The notes beneath the pieces are model-generated. The model was not told where the DNA came from. It did no database searches and was given only the letters and a program-made list of their open reading frames with translations. DNA of 63,208 nucleotides, counting the filler, from Stramenopiles sp. TOSAG23-2 (lineage: Eukaryota): the NCBI GenBank assembly GCA_900128395.1. It is 12 parts of 12 records of this genome, joined end to end, with 100 filler letters (N's around TTAATTAATTAA, not from the genome) between each part and the next. Parts side by side here need not be neighbours in the genome. Positions count along the whole stretch, not along the records: positions 11,290 to 16,829 come from LT650647.1; positions 16,930 to 22,467 come from LT650648.1; 10 more parts are not named here. One strand, 5' to 3'. A program made the translations under genes and the position numbers. Positions 11,521-21,600 of the stretch are shown piece after piece (the first letter of the stretch is position 1; each line of letters begins with the position of its first letter).

Positions 11521-12692
11521 TTCATGCATAACGTTTTACCAATAGTAGTATCAATTATTGTTTGTGTTCTATCGTTGTTCGTCACGGCGGAACCAAACTT
11601 CCCAAGTGACTGGACGGCAAATGTAGAACAAAACAGTATTACTTGGACTGGAGGTTCGTATAATGCTACGTCGGGGCAAGCGTGTTGTGCAATAAAGGCT
11701 CCACAGTGTCAGGTAAAGGCCCTGGGCGAATCTGTAACTGAGTATGTCGATGGCAGTATGAACGCCTCTCTTTTGACCAACGGCGTAGCAGGCGTGTTGA
11801 GCCTGTATGAAAAGAAAAAAGTGATGCAAGTTGTGCGGTCCAAAACCGGCAAAGGGTGGCATTGTCAGACCTACTGCAAAGTATCCAAATCCGACTGGGT
11901 GTCACCCTTGGCGTTTTTAAAGGGCGCAAAAGACATGGGCTCCGTAGAGATGAACGGCAAAACACTCGAAAAGTACGTGGCTTACGATGGCATCGGGCCA
12001 AAAATTCATATGGAGCGCTTGACCTACTACGTAGATCAGAGCAACCCGAAACAGAGTATTCCGTACGAGGAAGTGGACCAGTTAATACCGTTCAATGGAC
12101 CTGAAATATCTGAAGCACATATTGTTTACAACGGCTTTAAAGCAGGGAAACCTGACCCGAGTCTCTTCATAGTTGATAACTTGGACTCTTGTGAAAAGGA
12201 CTCAAAATCGGACTGTGATGACGATGTCCGAGGCAGTGCCCTTCGCTTCCTTGCGTCGGTGTCCGATAAGAAAACTGTTTTGTACCACAGTGCCAAAGCT
12301 GCTGGGAGAAAAGTCTCCCCACAAAAAGTAACAAATGCCCACAAAAGCAAGTATAAGTGGCCCACAGACTGGTCCAGTGTTCAGTCGATTGACGTGGTGC
12401 AGAACCAAGGGGGATACGAAATTGATGGGGGACAAGAGGCATGCTGCAAAGCTGACTATTTCACCCAATGTCAAGTACAGTCGCAATATCGTATTGCTAG
12501 TTCATACCATGATGTCACACACAATCGATCTCGGATTGAGGATCCAGTGATGGGAGTTACTGTGAGTGATTATAATGCATTGAAATTGATGACCATTCAC
12601 AATAATGGGACTGACGACGTCTGCTACGCATATTGCCCGATCGATCCTAGTGACACCATCGGAACTGGCCCTGGCGAATTTCTTCCTGCCGA
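11521..12692 (+). CDS. Secreted protein with two internal Cys-containing repeats (ependymin/EPDR-like, tentative); 3' end broken by an inverted duplication
   Basis: Signal peptide after MHNVLP. Repeats PNFPSDWTA...ACC..PQCQV and YKWPTDWSS...ACC..TQCQV. After 12692 the ORF reads the antisense of its own 12310-12437. Confidence 0.6.
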
Positions 12693-12820
12693 TCTTGTCC
12701 CCCATCAATTTCGTATCCCCCCTGGTTCTGCACCACGTCAATCGACTGAACACTGGACCAGTCTGTGGGCCACGTATACTTGCTTTTGTGGGCATTTGTT
12801 ACTTTTTGTGGGGAGACTTT
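12693..12820 (-). repeat. Inverted duplication of 12310-12437 (about 128 bp, 2 substitutions)
   Basis: Reverse complement matches AAAGTCTCCCCACAAAAAG...GGGGGACAAGA, with differences CAA/CAG and AAG/ACG. Confidence 0.9.
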
Positions 12821-12863
12821 ACAGTTCAAATTAGGGTTTTGATGTTTTGATGAGTACCTGGAG

Positions 12864-13241
12864 AGTAGTATATAATAGATAAATTCCTCTTTTAACCTAA
12901 GAACAACTCTATCAATTTAGCAGGTGAATATGCTTAGGAAACGCAAAAAAGTGTAAATATACCTTATTTTTTAAGGTTTTTCTATGGCATTTTGAGGTCC
13001 AATTGAAAGAAAAAAGAGAAAGAGAAAAAGAGGGGGTAAAAGAGTGGAGAGAGAGTGGAGATGATATATGTAGGTAAAAATGAGTGAGAGAATAACGAAG
13101 ATTGTGACGATACAAATTGAGGTCCAATTTGAGAGTGAAATCAATGTAGGTTAAAAATATTTTGGTTTGTGATGTTGGGTGGTGAAATTCAATCGCGGTT
13201 AAAAATTTTTTCATTTGTGATGTTGGGTGGTAGAAATTCAA
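12864..13241 (+). repeat. Left TIR of the Maverick element, with ~49-bp tandem subrepeats at the inner end (extending to ~13274)
   Basis: Reverse complement of 16011-16389 with about 5 substitutions and 1 indel. Subrepeat GGTTAAAAATTTTTTCATTTGTGATGTTGGGTGGTAGAAATTCAATCGC. Confidence 0.93.
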
Positions 13242-13336
13242 TCGCGGTTAAAAATTTTTTCATTTGTGATGTTGATAATTCATAAGTTTATTTAAGGTTT
13301 TTCTGGCTTCACAAACAATAATACTGTGTAATGATT

Positions 13337-13456
13337 GTAATTACTAGCTTGGTTGTCACGAAAATCTTTAGACATTTCAGCCAGTGCTAAAATGTTTTGC
13401 GATTGCTGATAATTTTGTGTTTCCGAAACAATAGCACCATTAGCAGTTAGCGAAAT
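13337..13456 (-). pseudogene. Inverted internal fragment of a Polinton-type major capsid protein
   Basis: ISLTANGAIVSETQNYQQSQNILALAEMSKDFRDNQASNY resembles, from recall, the Maverick MCP segment 'lNGqeie...gqattilnLleYsdDf...q.ln'. Confidence 0.5.
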
Positions 13457-13460
13457 TCCG

Positions 13461-13736
13461 GCAGGTGCTCGTAAAGCTAGAGCAGGATTACAACAGTTAA
13501 GTAAAAAGGCAGAAGAGAAATTAGCTGGATTATTGGGAAAAAAGACTAGTAAAAAAATTAGCAAAAAAGCCAAGAAAATGTTAAAAGATTTAGTAAAAGA
13601 AAATAAACCAAAAATAAAATTACCGAAAAAAGTAAAAAAAAATTTAACAAAAACAGAACAACAACAATTAAGTAAAGGAGGTGAAAAAATAATAAGTAAT
13701 TTGCTATATGGGCGTGGATTAAAAAGAATGGCTTGA
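13461..13736 (+). pseudogene. 5'-truncated basic core-like (pVII/pX-like) protein of the Polinton
   Basis: Lys-rich reading frame AGARKARAGLQQLSKK...IISNLLYGRGLKRMA*. LYGR|G fits the adenain cleavage consensus (M/I/L)xGx|G. Lies directly upstream of the MCP start. Confidence 0.55.
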
Positions 13737-13772
13737 TTATTTATATTTTTTATCTAATGATTAAATATAGTA

Positions 13773-13943
13773 ATGTCATTAAAACACCCAATGTTAGATG
13801 TGTTTAGAACTCCAATGGAAGATAATTCCATAGAAAGTATGGAATGGATACCAATAGAACCTGATAGTTTTCAAGCAGGAACCACCTTAAACCATATCTT
13901 TTATTTTAATGTGACGCTTAAGTCTCATCGCGAACAGTGTTGA
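13773..13943 (+). pseudogene. N-terminal fragment of a Polinton major capsid protein (not in the ORF track, 56 aa)
   Basis: MSLKHPMLDVFRTPMEDNSIESMEWIPIEPDSFQAGTTLN matches the recalled Maverick MCP N-terminus pattern L.vf..P..DnSIes.e...yeP...LN. The frame ends soon after. Confidence 0.65.
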
Positions 13944-14498
13944 TATAATTTTTCTCATTGTATTTCTATAAGATTAACTCTTTTCATTTTATTTTGGACG
14001 GATGATGAATGAGGAAATTTCTTCGTATAACATTTTGCTTGTTGCGTCATACTAATTTTTTCTTTTCTGGAAAAGTATTATAATTTTTACCTCATAATTT
14101 TGTTTAGATTTTTTGGATCACTTGCTCCCCTTACCACGATGTGTTTTTTAATTTTAAAGCACTTTCTTTTTTACAAATGTCCTTATTTATTTTAAAAAAA
14201 CATATTTTTTCACACTAAACACTTCTTCTAAAATTTTGAACCAGTTTCTATAAGGTTTTTTAAGTCTTAAAAAATATTTCGGCAAATGACCTCCACCCAT
14301 TTTTAGCTACTATAAGGATATCATTATACTCTTCTAGAAGCTTCATCTTCAACATTTTTGCTATTTTATTTTACATAAAAAACTAAAAAATAATTTACAT
14401 AGAAAACATACATACCTTCGGTAGAAAAAAGAAGTTTTGTTATATATGTTCAAAACAATATTGTTAAAGTGTTTCTATGTATTAATTAGGTGTAGACG

Positions 14499-14957
14499 AT
14501 GACACGAGCGTCACGGTTCCAGTTAGCATTGCTAAAATATAAAATATCATTACTTAAAAAAAAGGTTCCAAAGCATGTGTTGAAAAAGTATAAAGAGAAA
14601 AAGTATAAAAAGGTGTGGATAGAGCGTCAGCTTAGAAAGATGCCAAAGAGAATTTTAATATTACATTTAAAAATAAAAAAAGCCATTAACTTAAGAGATT
14701 TTTTGAATAAATATTTAGAAGAATGTGCGAAAATTGAAGAAGCCATAAACTTTTTAGAATGGAAAAAAAAAAATTTATATTTTTATTTATATTCATGTGC
14801 TGTGTGGCAAGCTGATGTGTGGAGCGTAGCGGAAATGAAATGGCAACAACTACAAAACTCGTTTACAAAATATTATGTAGCAAATACTGGTTATGTTAGC
14901 AATATTGGACAAAAAACAAATGTGTTTTTTTGTCACGAGCATTATGTGGATGAGTGA
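14499..14957 (+). CDS. Basic hypothetical protein inside the Maverick element
   Basis: 152-aa Lys-rich ORF with a C-terminal C...CHEH cluster; no family recognised. Confidence 0.45.
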   Translation: MTRASRFQLALLKYKISLLKKKVPKHVLKKYKEKKYKKVWIERQLRKMPKRILILHLKIKKAINLRDFLNKYLEECAKIEEAINFLEWKKKNLYFYLYSCAVWQADVWSVAEMKWQQLQNSFTKYYVANTGYVSNIGQKTNVFFCHEHYVDE

Positions 14958-15108
14958 CATATGGTATAAATCGTAAAGATTTATTGTGAATATTAAAATT
15001 GATAATCACCCGATTATGAATTTTACATTAGATAGGAACAAAAATAATATAGATGTATCGCAAATAATAAGAATTTCTTAACCCCCCGATTATGAATTTT
15101 TTTTATTT

Positions 15109-15297
15109 TTAAACATCGTTTTCGGCTACTGTTTTTTGTGCTATCTCTTTTAACTTTTTAGCCATACACTCACTTCCAGTTAAACAACAAATTAAAGTAT
15201 GAATAATACCGTTTCCCTTCGTTCTCTTGACTAAACTTAATGCTTCGCTTACTAAAAGTAATCCAAATCCTACATATGTTCCCATTTCGTAATCCAT
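15109..15297 (-). CDS. Small predicted membrane protein of the viral element
   Basis: MDYEMGTYVGFGLLLVSEALSLVKRTKGNGIIHTL: hydrophobic helix plus an SE.L.....K.NGI.H motif recalled from small dsDNA-virus proteins. Directly downstream of pPolB. Confidence 0.55.
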   Translation of the reverse strand: MDYEMGTYVGFGLLLVSEALSLVKRTKGNGIIHTLICCLTGSECMAKKLKEIAQKTVAENDV

Positions 15298-15346
15298 TAT
15301 TATAATATAATGAATGATTTTTATTTTTGTCTTCATTCAAACATAC

Positions 15347-16009
15347 TTATAATTTAATTACAGGTTTTGTCTGGATATGTTTTTTATTGCTGTTATAATC
15401 AATTACTCGTTTATCATTTTTCCAATTTAATTCAAATCTTTTGCGATTGGGAATAATATATATACCATCGTTTTTCTTTACTTTGAACAATGATTTCATA
15501 TTTACTTCATTTGTTTTATCACTAAAACCCGCTTTCATATTACCTTGGTCATATCCATTTTGAACCATATGTTTCATTGTTTCAAAATTAATTGTTTCTT
15601 TTACCACCGCATCTAACTGATACCCTTTTGCTTTCGTTTTGTATTTTTTTTTGTTATCTTTTGTAGTAATTTCATATGAATACATTTTTGGTGCTATACC
15701 CACAAATTGTGTAATCATACCTTTACATTTTTCTAACTCATCCGTTAAACCTCCTAAGTTTGATTGAATTTTTATTTTCCCGTTCTTAACAATAATTTCC
15801 TTACCTATATATTTATCATTTGTTTTAAATTTAAATATACAACTATCTGTGTCACACATCAAACAATTTTCATATCCTACTTTACGAAGTAAGCGATGTA
15901 ATAAAATTCTAGAATATGCTGTCGTAAAAGCAGCTATAGGCAAACACGAATTAGCTCCTTGCTTGTTATCGTTTAAATCTAAGTAACTTAATAAATAACA
16001 ATTACTAAT
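15347..16009 (-). pseudogene. pPolB: Protein-primed family B DNA polymerase, C-terminal fragment
   Basis: IAAFTTAYSR, CDTDS (motif C), LGGLTDEL, FVGIAPKMYSY, KAKGY and DKRV. The frame is open to the inner edge of the right TIR; exonuclease and motifs A/B are absent. Confidence 0.9.
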
Positions 16010-16010
16010 A

Positions 16011-16389
16011 TTGAATTTCTACCACCCAACATCACAAACCAAAAAATTTTTAACCGCGATTGAATTTCTACCACCCAACACCACAAACCAAAATATTTTT
16101 AACCTACATTGATTTCACTCTCAAATTGGACCTCAATTTGTATCGTCACAATCTTCGTTATTCTCTCGCCCATTTTTACCTACATATATCATCTCCACTC
16201 TCTCTCCACTCTTTTACTCCCTCTTTTTCTCTTTCTCTTTTTTCTTTCAATTGGACCTCAAAATGCCATAGAAAAACCTTAAAAAATAAGGTATATTTAC
16301 ACTTTTTTGCGTTTCCTAAGCATATTCACCTGCTAAATTGATAGAGTTGTTCTTAGGTTAAAAGAGGAATTTATCTATTATATACTACT
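16011..16389 (-). repeat. Right TIR of the Maverick element
   Basis: Inverted copy of 12864-13241 ending ...TATATACTACT, followed by CTGGAG. Confidence 0.93.
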
Positions 16390-16929
16390 CTGGAGTACAA
16401 TGTTTGTTAGAGCTTTGATGCTGGCCAGGCTGGCCTGGCTGGCTGTGGGCTGGTGGGCTGGCTGGCTGGCCAGCTGGGCCAGCTGGAGAATGCCAGAATG
16501 CCAGGAATGCCAGGAATTAATGCCAGAAAATGCAGCACAACAAATCAATGCCAATATTGTATATCTAAAACAAAAGACCCAAAACAAAATAAGTTAATTG
16601 TAAATGCATATACATTCCAAGACACTCACTCTTTTTTATATTCTTTCACACATAGACTTTGAAAGGATACTTTCATAGTTTATTACCTTTTTTGTATATA
16701 TATACCTCTATTACAATTTTAAAGAAGAAAAAAAATCATTAATAATTAATAATAGTTAATTTTCAACATCATCCATTTCTACAATTATATATCCATATAT
16801 ATTTTGATTTTTAGTTCATTCCTATTTTGNNNNNNNNNNNNNNNNNNNNNNNNNNNNNNNNNNNNNNNNNNNNTTAATTAATTAANNNNNNNNNNNNNNN
16901 NNNNNNNNNNNNNNNNNNNNNNNNNNNNN

Positions 16930-18199
16930 TAATAATAATAATAATAATAATAATAATGTAAAACAAAAGAAACAACAGCAACGATTACAACGTCGAAAAT
17001 TGCCTGACATTGTGATCTTATTTGCCGGGTTAAACGATTTAATCTTATCGTCGAAGGCAGAACATGGAAAACAAATTATAGATGATTTGCTTGCAATATT
17101 ATCAACCATATCAACATTAAAAATTAAAAAATGTATTTTGTGTACCATCCCAAAAATTCCAAAAGAAATTAATAATAGTATCATACAAAGGAATAGAATT
17201 AAATTAAATGAAGCTATACGGTCAATGAATGAAATTAATATTTTTCCAATAGGTTCCGTATTAGGCACAGAACCAGCTACGAGAATTGTAATATGTAATG
17301 TTGCAAAAGAAATAGATAGTGATAATGCTAAACATAGCTTATTGACTTGGTCAAATGATGGTGTACATATGAAACGGCATGGATATGAACGTATTGCAAA
17401 TTATATTTCACAAACATTAATTAAAACATCGACCATGTATATGAGATATAAAGTTGGTCGTGAAAAATATGAACGAGAGAAGAAGAAACAAGAAATTAAA
17501 CTACGGAAAAAACATGCAATTGAAAGCGAGAAACAAGAAGAAGAACGTTTAAAAGTTATACACCATGAAGCTGAAGTTAAGCGCAAGAAAGAATTAAAGA
17601 AGAAAGCAATGGCAGCTGGTTCACCAGCACGTGAAAATCGTTGGATGAGAATCGCAGATGAAGAAAGTAGATCGTTCGAATCATATTTTATGAGAGAAGC
17701 TGAAAAATTAAGACTAGCAAGGCAACGAGAAAAAGAACGCAAGGACACTGAGCTGATGGAAGAAGAAGATCGCTTAGTACGCGTATATGTAAGACATTTA
17801 AAAAAATTAGCTAGGGAAGAAGCGAAACTTGTCAAAATTGATAACAAGATAATCAAGCTTGTATCAAAAAGAGTTTACATAACAAAGCCTAAATTATTGG
17901 CTTCATTATTCGCTGTTTTACCATACCCTGTACCTGGAAAGGTTTTACAAAGTAGAATTAAAGGATTGTTTCTTAAAAAAAAATTAGAACGTGATAAAAA
18001 TTTTCCTGAAATAATTTTTCATCGACCCGCAATGGAAGAACATTTCCGAGCTAAAAAAGAGAAAGAAGAAGAAGAAAGAAAAAAAATACACGCAGAGTCT
18101 CTTGCAGCTGTTAAGAAAAAAGCATTAAAAACGGCTGAAGACAATAAAATGGAGTCATATGCAGAGAGATTGGCAAGATTAGGAAGGGATAACTTATGA
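16930..18199 (+). CDS. SGNH/GDSL hydrolase-like domain plus coiled-coil tail (5'-truncated)
   Basis: Block III IVILFAGLND and block V SNDGVHM..GY; long E/K/R-rich tail. Confidence 0.7.
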
Positions 18200-18624
18200 T
18201 ACGAATTCGTACGAAGTACAGTGTATATGATATATGCGAGGATAAAAGAGTATGGTATGGGATGGGGAGAAAAAATATTATAGAACAACACCACAGAGTC
18301 AATAAAAGATATGGAGAGCGATAGAATGGACAGCTTAAAAAAAATTACATTGAAAAATATACGACGGTTCGTATTATGATACGAAGCTTCGTACCGTAAT
18401 ACTAAAAAAAACTATTTTTTTTACGTGAGTGTATTTTTAATATCATACGCGTACTCGTATGATATAATTTGTACATTATGCATATTATAATGATGGTTAA
18501 AATCTAAGGTTATAATAATTTTCAGGGGGGTAAAAAAATATTTTTATCAAAAATATACTCAGATATACGAATATATTCTAGAGAGAGATATAATAATATA
18601 TTTAAAATATAAAAACGTTTTTTA

Positions 18625-21600
18625 TTATACAATCGGATTGCCATCCTTCTCCATATTTTTCATAATCCAATGTTTCAAAGTGCTACTTCCATAACCATAT
18701 TCCTTAGGTAATTTAACCAAATCTCTAGTTTGCATCAATGGTGGCTGCCCCCAATGGTTTGGGAAAGCTTTTGCCACATTCTTTTTACCTGACCTTTCAA
18801 CACTACGACCTTCATCACTACCAAATGGATGTCCAACTTCATCAATGTCATCAACCAATGCATCAAATGCTGCTACATCAAGAGCACTTTCGCTCGATGT
18901 AAAAGCTCCAACATTTTCTACTACTTTTAAATTCATCATTTTGGCTAATTTTGGAACTGTGTGAATGTAGCAAAGCATTCTTGCCTTTTGCTGCGCCGTA
19001 AAGACTTCGCGACATGTATCCTTTCCATACGACATGATGTTGTTGTATGGTGTTTCACCCCAATTGCTACCGCAAATGCCATCAGAAGACGGATTTTCAC
19101 ATTGGAATTGTTTTGGAATTGGTCTTGTATCAGAACAAAAATCACCAACACGATCACGGTAACTATCTGGTGCCCCTGGTGACTCAACACAAACCGGGCA
19201 ACTGCCTTGATCAGCAATAAATTCTAATGGATTTTCTTTCATTTCGTTTTTCAAATTCTTGAAACCTTTGGCGGCTAATGCTCTAGCTTTTTTCAAATTT
19301 CCTACTTTCGTTTTTTTCTTCAAAAGCTGTTCAAATTGATTGTTACGTTTTTTAACTTGTTCTTTTGTTTCGCCATCGAAAACTACATCACCATTTTCAT
19401 CATATACACCTTGTTCGTGTGTACCATGGAAGGTATGCCATAATCCAAGACTATGACCTAATTCATGTGGTAGCGTTGATGATCCTTTCGTTAACCTATA
19501 ATTGTTGATTACAACGGTGCCAAGTTCCAAGTCAGTTGCATGAGCAGGTGGAAATGCCCATCCTAAATATTTATCAACAGCAACATTGAATATGTAAAAT
19601 TGTAAAGCATTCGTTTCCTTTTTACGTGTACCCATTTTTTCAAAAATATCTTCAGTTGACATGTACGAACCATCCATCTTCACATTCAATTGTAATACTT
19701 TCTGTTCAGTAGTTGGTCCAGATTTACTAAAATCTAATTGTATTGCATACCAACCAGTTCCTTGTGGCTTGAATTCATATGCCGAATTTTCTAATTCAGC
19801 AAATGTTTTTTCGACCTTATCAACCACTTCACATGTTGGTGTCTCACTAGAAACTATTGGACATAACTCCTCTACTATCTTACATGTTGTACATTTATAT
19901 ACATAAATTGTGAATGCATCTGAAAATGTATCTGAATTTGCATCTGTATTTCCTACTGCTGGCGGAGAAGCTTCTTTCTCTAGAACTGTTGTTGTGGTAG
20001 TTGCTTCTTCCGGCTCCTCCACGGTTGTCTCTTTTTCTTTACGTTCATCCAAAAATAATTTAATAAACATCCTAGTTAATTTATGCTTTAACCGCAGCTT
20101 ATCCTTCTTATATGATTTTATAATTTTGCGATATTGTCGACTACGACGAGAATAGCGACTTCCATAGCTTGGTCGTCTTTGCCTTGGTGCTGGACCCCAA
20201 TATGGATGACTTCTTCGATTATATGGGCGTGGTTGGTAATATTGTCGTCGCTGGTTACCATATGAAGAAGATGCTGGGCCATTATATGAATGTCTTTCCC
20301 GATTGTATGTGCGTGGCTGGTCATAGCCGTACGTTGCTTGACGCAACATTCTACTTCTTTTTCCATGTTTACTTTCATCTTTTTTCATTTCATCAGCCGC
20401 TTTAGTTTCAATCAAACCTTCCTCCATTAACTCATCTGCAGCGAAACCTTTTTCAACAGAACGGTGTATCTGCAACGTATCCCCTGTTCGTAAATATTGC
20501 CAATCGTATTTACCTTTCATAACACTAAGTGGTTTCACTGGAAACAAGGTTTTTTGAGCATTGAAGCCTTTTTCAATTAATATATCTTGCACCATTGTGC
20601 CTTCTAATTTGCTTTTCCACGAGTCGATTGCGCCAACATTCATCATGAACAAATCATTGTTTTTTATACCTTTGATTTCACCATTGAATTCCAAACCCAT
20701 TGGACCGTATTTTTGATTTAACAAATCTATTGAGTCCGCAAAATCTGCTTCGACTCGACGAGATGGATAATTTCCATTTTCATCTGTTACTACGTAATAT
20801 TCCACAGGTATTTTGCTGGTAAGCTTCACGTTCAAAAATTTATCACGATTTTCTGGAATATCGCATTGATGGTATGCACATTGTGAACCGATGGAAGCTA
20901 ATCTTCTTCCATTGCTATGCTTAACTTTATTACCATTTTCATCTAGGAATTGACGTGGTTTCTTTGCTGCTCCACAAACACCGTCATCATGATCACCAGA
21001 TGGATTGTATGGATGCATTATGCCTTCGCTTTTCCAACGCTGCTTTTCTTTACTAACTATACCATTGGAATGTGTTTTTACCGTTTCCGTATGGTCATGA
21101 TCATGATGTTCCTCATGTACATTCAATCGATGGTCATGGTGATGATGTATTTTTTCTTCAATTGTTTTCGTCACTTTTCCTTCCTCGTGGTCATGATGGT
21201 GATGATGATGTTCTGGACAACCTGGTACATCACCATGCATATTCTCTGCACAATATTCTTCCACAGATTGACCATTGGAACATGCTAAACATGAAGCAAT
21301 ATATGCATTACAACATACTTGTCCAGACGCACCAAGGCGCCTCCTTTCAGGATTACTACTTAGTTTTTGTACAAAGTCAATGTTCATTGATGGTGTTTCT
21401 TCCATAGCAGGTTGTTTCGCACACATACCGCGAAAGTTTTCGTTATCAATAGTACATACATACCCTTTGGTGCAATCTGTGCTTTTTTTACAATGCCTTA
21501 TTGTTTCAGTTGGCTTTAAACATTGACCATGATACTCTTTTGCTCGTTCACTTTCATCTTCTATAACATCGTCTGACAAAAAGCACTCTAAATCACCAAG

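Larger units (their letters stand above)
12864..16389. mobile_element. Maverick/Polinton-type endogenous viral element, internally deleted (3,526 bp)
   Basis: Termini AGTAGT...ACTACT; 6-bp TSD CTGGAG at 12858-12863 and 16390-16395; long TIRs; internal pPolB and capsid fragments. Confidence 0.92.

Noticed and set aside
12912-13241. Near-identical ORFs 12912-13241 (-) and 16060-16341 (+)
   Set aside because: Chance frames in the TIRs, with TTG starts and low-complexity translation.
13148-13274. CRISPR-like 49-bp repeats
   Set aside because: Tandem subrepeats of the Maverick TIR, without spacers.
16378-16662. Short ORFs with WLAG/MPG repeats
   Set aside because: Translations of CTGG-rich low-complexity DNA.
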